DNA of 12,195 nt from assembly GCF_006345805.1 (NCBI RefSeq), contig NW_021826906.1, forward strand, positions 1 to 12,195. The letters run 5' to 3'. The position numbers and the translations under genes were made by a program. The first letter of the stretch is position 1. Every line of letters begins with the position of its first letter. Below the pieces are notes generated by a model, which had not been told where the DNA came from, ran no database searches, and saw only the letters and a list, made by a program, of their open reading frames with translations. Positions 1 through 8,297 of the stretch are shown piece after piece. Source of the stretch: Octopus sinensis (taxonomy: Eukaryota).

Positions 1-428
1 TAATTCTATTTCATAATTAAATAAATAAGGCTATTCCCTCAGTGATAATATGATTATCTTCATTATGATGACAATCCCCTAACACATTGTAAATGATCTT
101 ATAAGATTTGACCTGTGTCAGTCAATGTATGAATAATAACGACAACTCCTTAAGACAATAAAATGAATAAATTAAATAAGTAAATTTTTAATGACTTTTT
201 GATAAGATTATACTTAGATTTTCCTAATGTATTTTCTGGTGATTTTAGCATCTGACCCCTTAACCCCTGACTGTGTTATCTCTTAGATTCTCTTTAAACT
301 CATAGCTGATTTCAACAGCAATAAATTAACGGTTTACTGGTCAAAGAAATATATATTCCCTCTAGTTCCTAGATGCCTGTTGATTAAAACAAGACTTACA
401 GTCTACTAACTCTTCTGTACAACTAGAA

Positions 429-597
429 CCCCTTTTTTTTCTTTTTCTTTTTTTCCCTTCTTTCCCTATATCTTTCTCTTTCTCTTTTTCTTTTTTCTTC
501 TTATTCTCTGTTTCCTTTTCTCTTCTCTTTAGTCCCCCTTCCCCCCACTTTTTGCTCCCTCCTCCATTATTTTCCTCTTTTCTTCTATTCCCTTCTC
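429..597. repeat. Polypyrimidine (CT-rich) low-complexity tract
   Basis: Almost only C/T on the + strand (tttttc/ttctc units). Confidence 0.8.
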
Positions 598-704
598 TAT
601 CTTGGCCGATCTAGTAAGCCCTTCAGCCTTTAAGAGTTAAATAGCTACAGCCTCTTGTGAATAGCAGTAATGTGATTAATGTGGCAATAACTAATCATAT
701 AACA

Positions 705-991
705 AGGATTGATACCTACCTCATTGTGTTCAACCATTGTAAAATTTATCGCCTGTGAATGTGAATATGAAACTCATCTCCATTTCTCTAGAAATTTACA
801 TCTACACCATTGGAATCTGTGCATATATACAAAGGATTAATTCACCCTCTCTGTAATGCTAATAAGCAGGAATTGAGACCTACCTCGTTGTAATTAACAA
901 TGGATAAATTTGTCTTCTGTGAGTATATAATCCTCATCATATCTATGGAAATTCATATGGATTAGGTCACCTTCTCTGTGATGCTATCAAA
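705..991. repeat. Degenerate tandem duplication (about 163 + 124 bp)
   Basis: aggattgatacctacctcattgt (705) vs aggaattgagacctacctcgttgt (868); ggattaattcaccctctctgtaatgcta (834) vs ggattaggtcaccttctctgtgatgcta (959). Confidence 0.65.
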
Positions 992-1134
992 ACTTTTTTA
1001 AAATTCTGTGATAAGACTGTACATCATCTTTAAAGAACTTTAATGAACTTTAGAATTTAGAAATCTGTTTAATTATCTACATTACTTCATGAGTATAGCC
1101 TCAAACACTAGGATGTCTAGAGAACTTACATGTA

Positions 1135-1224
1135 TTTTAGCTGATGAGTAGGGACTCGTTTATATGCTGTAATCTTTGCAACTTTTAATAAAACCTGTCC
1201 TTGTATGAAACGATCGTACTAAAA
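1135..1224 (+). ncRNA. Type I hammerhead ribozyme (family 1, solo)
   Basis: Stem I TTTTAG (1135-1140)/CTAAAA (1219-1224). Core CTGATGA 1141-1147. Stem II GTAGGGAC (1148-1155)/GTCCTTGTAT (1197-1206) with a 2-nt bulge. GAAAC 1207-1211. Palindrome ACGATCGT 1210-1217. GUA triplet 1216-1218, predicted cut after 1218. Confidence 0.85.
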
Positions 1225-1254
1225 ACTATCCATTCTTGTTGCTTCTTTCTCGCT

Positions 1255-1286
<32 letters not shown>

Positions 1287-1550
1287 TATATGTATCTATA
1301 TATATATGTATATAATATATATATATATGTATATATATATCTATATATATATATATATATATATATATGTCTAAGATATATGTCTTATATATATATTATA
1401 TATTATATATTATATATATGATATATATATATTTATATATATTTATAATTAATATATATATATATATATATATATGTATATGTAATATATATATTATATC
1501 ATATCTATTATATATATATATATAATATATAATATAATATATATATATGT

Positions 1551-1581
<31 letters not shown>
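1255..1581. repeat. Imperfect (TA)n microsatellite
   Basis: Direct reading. Confidence 0.97.
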
Positions 1582-4500
1582 AATCCTTAAATCATTTAAA
1601 ATGTTAGCCCGAAGGCCGCGGCCATGCTGGTGGGGTACCACCGCTGTGAATGGCTACACTAGTTTGTGAATCCACCTCTGATACGTGGCACTTGATCAAA
1701 ATGGAGTTCGATTGCTGCTGCCCGCATCCGTGTCTCCTGTCGTGAGGTAGGTTCATCTGGGACTCCCAACAAGAAGAGATCCAGTTTAGTTTTAAAAGAA
1801 ACCCAATCCACACCATTGTAAGTCTCTCAGGCATTTAGGGAGGATGTTAAAGAGCTGTGGTCCTCTGAAGCCCAAGCTGTTGCAGTATCTGGACTTCTAT
1901 TTTGATGGTTGATGTTGGAATCCTTGGCACCACGCAGCGGCGCCCCGTTCTGAGTGGTGGAGTAGTAACTTGAATGCCAAAGTTTGGGACAAGACCCTCC
2001 AGGATTTTCCAGATGTATATCACTGCATATCTCTCCCGCCTCCGCTCCAGGGAGAGAGCTTTAATACATTCAGTCTTTCCAGTAGCTGACATTTTGCATT
2101 GAGACGATTTTCCTTGTGTAGCTTCTCTGAGTTGCTTCGAGTTCTGCTGTTTGTTTTATATTGTGTGGTGACCAAGTTGGGAGCAGTAGTCCAAGCGGGC
2201 TGAGGACAAATGTTTTCATAGGACCATCAGTGTCTCCTTCTCTCTTGTTCTGAAAGTTCGGGAATCCATCCAGCTAGCCGTCTGCATTTTATCACCAGAT
2301 AGCAATATGCATTTGGAAAGATGCATCATTGCTCATGTCAATGCCCAGGTCACGCACTGATTTTGACTCAGGGATTGCAATTCTTCCTGGGCCAGTGTAT
2401 CCAGTCTTCACGTCATTTACCTTTGTGTGCCAGTAGCGCAGGGCCTGGAACTTACCTGCATTAAACTGCATGTTGTTGTCCTCAGCCCACCTGTATATTG
2501 TGTCCAGCTCATGTTGCAGATGCGCAATATTTTCAGGGTTTTGTATTGCGTGGGAGACTTTGGTGTCATCTGCATAGCTAGCAAGGGTGGTCATCGTAGA
2601 ACTGAAGGCATGTCTGAAAGGGCCACTATGAACATCAGTGGCCCCAAGACGGTGCCCTGTGGGACACCACTTGTTATTTGCGTTTCCTTGGAGGTGGCTC
2701 CATTGCTCACAACTGCCTGTTTTCTGTCTTTTAGGAAGTTGTGCAGCCACTCTCCAAGTTTCCCGCCTATGCCGAGACCACGCAGTTTGTGACAGATCAT
2801 ACCATGGTCGACTTTATCAAAGGCTTTTGCAAAGTCAAGATATATTACATCCACATTTGAGCCATTTAGTAACTGTTTCAGCACCCAGTCATAGTGTTGC
2901 AGGAGCTGTGTTAGGCAGCCTCTACCTGGTCGAAATCCATGCTGGGTGTCAGACAGTAAGTCATTTTCTTCAAGGAACATGATTAGTTTCTTACGGACTA
3001 TTCGTTCCATGACTTTGCTGATGTGTGAGGTCAGAGAGATAGGCCTATAATTTTTAGCATCTGCTCTGCTACCTCCCTTATGGATAGGGCATATTACCCC
3101 CTCTTTCAGTTTGACTGGGAGCTTACCACTTGCAAGAAAGCTCTGAAAAAGAAGAAGCGTAGCGGTTTTGCACGATTTGAGAAGGATCGCTGGGAATCCA
3201 TCAAGTCCAGCAGCTGAGTTTGTGTCAATCTCCAATGGCTAGTGTGATATCATCTTCTTCGATGTTGTGTACTCAATTTTTGTCTCTTTGGCCGCTGGTA
3301 AAGTGGCAAAGAATTCTTCTGGGTTATTTACTTGCCTGTGTCCTAGAGGTGTAGTGAACACACTTTGGATCTGTTCGTTCAGTATTTCACTTATCCTCGT
3401 GGGATTCCTGTGAGAGAGCCATCTTTTTGGAAGAGAGGTCCTATTCTCTGGTGCACTGTGGCTGTCTCTTTGGCAAACTTAAAGAAAGCTTTAGGGTTTG
3501 ATTTTCTATTTTATTACCCAAGCTTCTTTATCTGCTCTCTCCTTTCATGGGACTGATGTAGACTTTTCTCAGTTTCCATTAGCATTCTTTCGAGCCGAGA
3601 CTTCTCACCACTTTGGTGTCTTGCTCAGGCAGTTTGCAATCATTGTCCGTCGTCTCATAAGAATCTTCCTTTCTCAGGGATACTGTTTTTGTTCTTGTGT
3701 GTGCTGGCCCTGCACATTGGGACATATTTGTCACATATGGCTTGTATTATGGACATGAAGTGTTTGTGTTTCATGTTTATGTCCGGTATGGAGAGACATT
3801 CAGGCCAATCCTGTTTGAGGATCTCTTTCTGAATCGACTTCCAGTTGGCTTTATGAAAGGTTAAGTTGGAGAGATGGTGGGTGCTTCGTATAGGCTGTGT
3901 GTCTGCGGGGGCTTTTGTTCCATACATAGACAGCTCTATTATGTTGTGATCCGAGATCATTGTCGGCATCACATGAACATTATGGATAATATCCATATTG
4001 ATTGTGAAGCAGAGATCCAGTATATTATCTGCCCTTGTTGGTTGCAGAACTATTTGCTCCATGAAAGAGGCATTTGTGAGATGGAGCAGGGACTCCACCT
4101 GTGCCTGCTGATGGTGTGTCATCCCTGGGAGCATCTGCCCCCCAGGCCATTCCACATTGGGGGGAGGTTAAAGTCACCCATGAAGAATACACTGTTGTGC
4201 GTTCAAGGTTGGTGAGGACTTCTCCTATTTTTGTTAGGCAGTCTTCAAACATGCCTGTGTTTTGGGGCATCTGGTGGGCGATATGTAGTGCATATGACGA
4301 TATTCAGTTGTCTTATGTGTACAATTTGAGTTTCACATACTGAGTTTGAATATGACAGCAGGACCTGGGGCATGAGGTCATCTCGGATGTACATTGCAAC
4401 TCCACCATGGCTCCTACCTTTTCTATCTGTGCGTATGACTGCATATTGCGGCATGTGTATTTCTGCATCACCTATATGGGGTTCAAGATGCGTTCAAGAT
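1582..4500 (-). mobile_element. 5'-truncated non-LTR retrotransposon (APE-RT LINE; CR1-like or Proto2-like, clade not resolved)
   Basis: EN motifs HGGVAMYIRDD, YRPP, DLCF, SDHN. RT motifs NYRPISLTS, QHGFRPGR, YLDFAKAFDKVDH, GVPQGTVLGP, YADDTK. C-terminal SLERRRERY, LFNILP, PDEP..RAAASNS. Short 3' UTR ending at the (TA)n tract; the 5' end breaks inside EN near the ETHL motif. Confidence 0.95.
1659..4500 (-). pseudogene. LINE ORF2 (AP endonuclease + reverse transcriptase), multiply frameshifted
   Basis: Joined from ORF-track pieces 4245-4454, 4025-4270, 3655-4155, 2591-3235, 2292-2750, 1847-2092 and 1604-1834. One frameshift lies near 2592, between GVPQG and YADD. Inferred stop TAG at 1661-1659. 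Confidence 0.9.
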
Positions 4501-4516
4501 GTATATATATATGTAT

Positions 4517-4540
4517 GAAACGGTGCATCGTATAAGAAAT
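4517..4540 (+). ncRNA. 3' half of a type I hammerhead (family 2, copy A)
   Basis: GAAAC-GGTGCATC-GTA-TAAGAAAT. The 5' half is absent because the array begins here. TAAGAAAT is the exact complement of ATTTCTTA at 4923-4930. Confidence 0.7.
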
Positions 4541-4922
4541 TACAGGGTAAATGTTTTTGAATTTTCTCCTGGTTTACGGAATTGATGATGTTATTTTGCG
4601 GTTGAAGCTTTTGGCTGTTATTCTATGGGTGAATGGCCTATTATGGCCGTTCCTTGATTGTGATGTGAACTTAAAAATGGTCTATGACTATTTAATTTTT
4701 TCCCACTAGGCCGCTGGTGGCAAAAAAATTCTACAAAATTTTTTGGCCACCCTATATTGATTAATTATGAATTTTCTGGTTAATTCCGTAATGGAATCGG
4801 CGGCTTATTTTTATTTGCTGCCGATAAATTTGGCGCGAGTGCGATGATTTGAAAATTTTAGGTCAGATATTGCCGAGGCAGGGTCGGAAATACCTCGTGA
4901 AAATATCTGTTCCGACTTGGCT

Positions 4923-5036
4923 ATTTCTTACTGATGATTCTAAGGGCCTATGGAAGATTGGCTTGATTTAATTTAATCGGGTTAGTTTACCATTAAACAG
5001 TAGATGAAACGGTGCATCGTGAATCGTATAATAATT
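4923..5036 (+). ncRNA. Type I hammerhead (family 2, copy B) with a 7-nt duplication at the cleavage site
   Basis: ATTTCTTA (4923-4930), CTGATGA (4931-4937), stem II TCTA (4939-4942)/TAGA (5001-5004), GAAAC (5006-5010), stem III ACGG-TGCA-TCGT. The insertion gaatcgt (5021-5027) makes the in-register triplet GUG. Confidence 0.75.
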
Positions 5037-5412
5037 ACAGGGTAAATGTTTTTTAATTTTCTCCTGGTTTACGGAATTGATGTTATTTTGCGTTGAAGCT
5101 TTTGGCTGTTATTTCAGTGGGTGAATGGCCTATTATGGCCGTTCCTTGATTGTGATGTTGAACTTAAAAATGGTCTATGACTATTTAATTTTTTCCCACT
5201 AGGCCGCTGGTGGCAAAAAAATTCTACAAAATTTTTTTGCCACCCTATTGATTAATTATGAATTTTCTGGTTAATTCCGTAATGGAATCGGCGCTTATTT
5301 TTATTTGCTGCCGATAAAGTTTGCGCGAGTGCGATGATTTGAAAATTTTAGGTCAGATATTGCCGAGGCAGGGTCGGAAATACCTCGTGAAAATATCTGT
5401 TCCGACTTGGCT

Positions 5413-5531
5413 ATTCTTACTTATGATATTCTAAGGGCCTATGGAAGATTGGCTTGATTTAATTTAAATTTTAATATCGGGTTAGTTTTAACCATTAAAC
5501 ATTAGATGAAACGGTGCATCGTATAATAAAT
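5413..5531 (+). ncRNA. Type I hammerhead (family 2, copy C) with core variant CTTATGA
   Basis: ATTCTTA (5413-5419), CTTATGA (5420-5426; G5 changed to U), stem II TCTAA (5430-5434)/TTAGA (5502-5506), GAAAC (5508-5512), GTA (5521-5523), TAATAAAT. Confidence 0.7.
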
Positions 5532-5750
5532 TACAGGGTAATGTTTTTTAATTTTCTCCTGGTTTACGGAATTGATGTTATTTTGCGGTTGAAGCTTTTG
5601 GCTGTTATTTCAAGTGGGTGAATGGCCTATTATGGCCGTTCCTTGATTGTGATGTTGAACTTAAAAATGGTCTATGACTATTTAATTTTTTCCACTAGGC
5701 CCCTGGTGGCAAAAAAATTTACAAAATTTTTTGGCCACCCTATATTGATT

Positions 5751-5759
5751 ATATATATG

Positions 5760-5794
<35 letters not shown>

Positions 5795-5817
5795 GTATAT
5801 ATATATATGTATATATG

Positions 5818-5852
<35 letters not shown>

Positions 5853-5854
5853 AT
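5751..5854. repeat. Imperfect (TA)n microsatellite
   Basis: Direct reading. Confidence 0.97.
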
Positions 5855-6310
5855 AAAAGAAGGGCTGGTAGAGCTAAAGGAAAAGCTCAAGCAGGACCAA
5901 AGGGTGAAAAAACCAGGAATAGAAGTGGAACCGCAAAAGATGGAAACAAACAGCGCACACGGGTGTGTAGGTTCTACCTGAGAGGTTCCTGCTGGCATGG
6001 AAAGGAAGGTGCAGGCTGCCGCTTTGCACATCGGGGACCCTGCCACAGAGACACGAGGCAGATGGACAAACCATCAACACAAGGAAAAGGGATGGACCAC
6101 GCACCACTTGCCCCAAAGCGGAGGTACGCAGATGTTGTGCGTGCCACAAACCACCAACATGATGTTGTCGAAAGGGCAGCTGCTGAGCAACAATCTTTTT
6201 TGTGCATGGCACAAAAGATTGTACAGCAGCTGATCTGGCTTCATCAAACCCAAGCCCGCAGGTGGGACTACCCACTATATACCAGACCACCACACAGCAA
6301 ACAGACCCGG
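5855..6310 (+). pseudogene. LINE ORF1 fragment with a C-x7-C-x8-C-x3-H zinc finger
   Basis: CRFYLRGSCWHGKEGAGCRFAH at 5966-6031, preceded by a K/R/G-rich basic segment. No start codon outside the microsatellite, so it is probably 5'-truncated. Confidence 0.7.
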
Positions 6311-7878
6311 ATGGAGGACACCACCGGCAACAACGTACACCTCACCTCGATGCTCCTACTGAACATCAGAGGACTGCAAAACTCACTCACGGACAAAAAT
6401 CCAGTTCCTGAGAGATTTTGTTGCATGCAATCAAGCCGTATGCATAGCACTAACGGAAACGCACCTGAAACCGGATATAGCAGATGCGGAGTTACACATA
6501 CAACAGTATGCTGTACTATGGACCGACAGGAAATAAAGGAGTCATGGAGGTGTTGCTATGTACATCCGTGAGGACCTCACACCCCAGGTCCTTTTGTCAT
6601 ACTCAAACTCGGTGTGTGACACACTAATTGTACATATTAGGCAACTTGATGTAGTTGTGTGTGCTACATATCGCCCTCCAGATGCCCCAAGCCATGTGGG
6701 CAAGTTTGAAGACTGCCTTATAAAAATAGAAGAAGTTCTAACCACATTAGAACAACACATAAATGTACTTCTTATGGGAGACTTCAATCTGCCAAATGTC
6801 AGATGGCCCGAGGGCCTTTCTCTCCCAGGAATGACAAGATGTGAACGAGGACAGGCGAGGTCCCTCCTGAACCTCATCAACACCCTGTACATGGAGCAGG
6901 TAATACTCCAACCAACCAGGGCAGGTAACACACTGGATCTCTGCTTCACAAATGACATGGATCTCATCCATAATGTGAAAGTGACACCGACACTACTCTC
7001 GGATCACAACATGATAGAGCTGACCATGTACGGGCCAAAAGAGAGCACGGACATGCAGCCTATAAGAAACCCCCAGAATCTTTCCAGCTTGAACTACCAT
7101 AAGGCAAACTGGAAACAAATTGAGAAAGAGATCCTCAAACAAAACTGGCCTAAATGTCTCTCCTCGCCAGACATCGACGTGAAATTTCAACAATTCATGT
7201 CTGTAATGCAAGCCATATGCTACAAATATGTCCCAGAGAGAAAGGCCACTGTACACAAGAACAAAATCCCCAGACAGAGGAAAATTCTAATGAGACAGCG
7301 TACAAAATTTTCAAATCGCCTAAACAAACAGTTTGAAAGCAGTGAAAAGTCCCGCCTAAAAATAAAACTGTTGGAAATCGAAAAATGTCTGAAACTCTCC
7401 CATGAAAAGGAAAGAGCAGACAAAGAAGCCTGGGCTATAGACAACAAAAATCTAACCCCAGAGCTTTCTACAGGTATGCCAAAGAAACAGCTACGGTGCA
7501 CTGTAGAATAGGGCCACTCCTCGAAAAGGATGGCAGAGTTACAGGAAAACCAATGAGGGTAAGTGAAATACTGAATGAGCAATTCCAGAGTGTTTTCACT
7601 CCACCCCTTGGGCATCTCCAAATCACCAATCCAACTGACTTTTTTACCACTGCAGATATAAAATCAGAGGCGGCGACGATAGATTACATCGATATTAAGG
7701 AAGACGATGTAATCAAGGCTATAGATGAAATGAAAACAGACTCAGCTACTGGCCCCGATGAATTCCCGGCAATCCTCCTAAAATCATGTAAGAGAGTCCT
7801 AGCAAGGAGGGGCAGATGAGGGCAGCTGCATCGAACTCTCTCATGCACCAAATAGCAGTTGCTAGAAAGCCTTCATGA
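6311..7878 (+). pseudogene. LINE ORF2: APE endonuclease + linker fused to the C-terminal tip, RT deleted
   Basis: Candidate start MEDTT at 6311. ORF-track pieces 6558-7511 and 7496-7819. Frameshifts near 6377, 6500 and 7445, one in-frame TAA near 6535, and a deletion junction at 7806/7807. Confidence 0.88.
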
Positions 7879-7970
7879 AGTGAAACCGAGTAGCAACACC
7901 AAATGGCGGTGCCCCAGCATGGCCACAGCTCATAAGCTGAAACTGGAAAAATCAAAATCAAATTCAAATC

Positions 7971-7992
7971 ATGTATATATGTATGTATATAT

Positions 7993-8060
<68 letters not shown>

Positions 8061-8084
8061 TATATATAATGTGTATATATATTG

Positions 8085-8116
<32 letters not shown>

Positions 8117-8213
8117 GATATATATATGTATATATATATAATATGTATATATGTATGTATATATATATATATATGTATAATATATATATTATGATATATA
8201 TATATATATATAT
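7971..8213. repeat. Imperfect (TA)n microsatellite
   Basis: Direct reading. Confidence 0.97.
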
Positions 8214-8297
8214 GTAGGTCCCGGGTTGATTCGGGTTAACCACAGTAAATAAGGTACTCAAACATAGCAGAGTAAAATTAATTTATTATATAGAAGG

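Larger units (their letters stand above)
598..1254 (+). mobile_element. Possible heavily decayed 3' part of a Penelope-like retroelement (GIY-YIG remnant plus pLTR-like end with HHR)
   Basis: Broken-frame peptides YLGRSSKP (598-621), LRVK* (630-644), SRNL (787-798) and LES (810-818) resemble the YIGQ(S/T)xK..LxxRxKxH..RNxLES pattern of PLE GIY-YIG domains. A type I HHR follows, which is an established PLE hallmark. The protein similarity is weak and judged by eye. Confidence 0.4.
4515..5750 (+). repeat. Tandem array of about 2.5 copies of a ~495-bp HHR-bearing unit (retrozyme-like or PLE pLTR-like)
   Basis: Units start at atgaaacggtgcatcg at 4515, 5004 and 5506 (489 bp, 502 bp and a 245-bp partial). 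Copies are near-identical and differ mainly by small indels. Confidence 0.95.
5855..7970 (+). mobile_element. Non-LTR retrotransposon of the same family, internally deleted (ORF1 fragment + EN + linker, RT missing, 3' end intact)
   Basis: CCCH finger, then EN motifs LLNIRGL, TETHL, HGGVAMYIRED, YRPP, GDFNLP, DLCFTND, SDHN. Linker ends at [13 protein letters not shown] and joins directly to [15 protein letters not shown] (stop 7876-7878). The 3' UTR resembles that of the minus-strand copy, followed by an (AAATC)-like tail at 7949-7970. Confidence 0.93.

Noticed and set aside
61-420. Possible fossil PLE reverse transcriptase (DDNPLTH resembling MGNPLSP; LTVYWSK resembling FSVYRK)
   Set aside because: Similarity is too weak and fragmented, and no YVDD motif is recognisable. 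It would need a tblastn/HMM hit.
1236-1641. Y/I-rich ORFs here and at 5622-6046, 7746-8261 and 8474-10635
   Set aside because: They are translations of (TA)n/(CA)n microsatellites, not genes.
2427-4343. Plus-strand ORFs (2427-2792, 2638-2982, 3365-3556, 3498-3758, 3874-4215, 4101-4343) and minus-strand ORFs over 5874-7650
   Set aside because: They are antisense shadows of the LINE coding regions, with no recognisable motifs.
4515-5750. CRISPR array or mitochondrial control-region (numt) repeat
   Set aside because: Units are ~500 bp with no repeat-spacer alternation and no flanking tRNA/rRNA. The HHR motif explains the unit better.
1582-7970. Two inverted LINEs as terminal inverted repeats of one composite DNA element
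   Set aside because: The copies are clearly diverged at protein level, have different truncations, and each has its own (TA)n flanks, so they are independent insertions.
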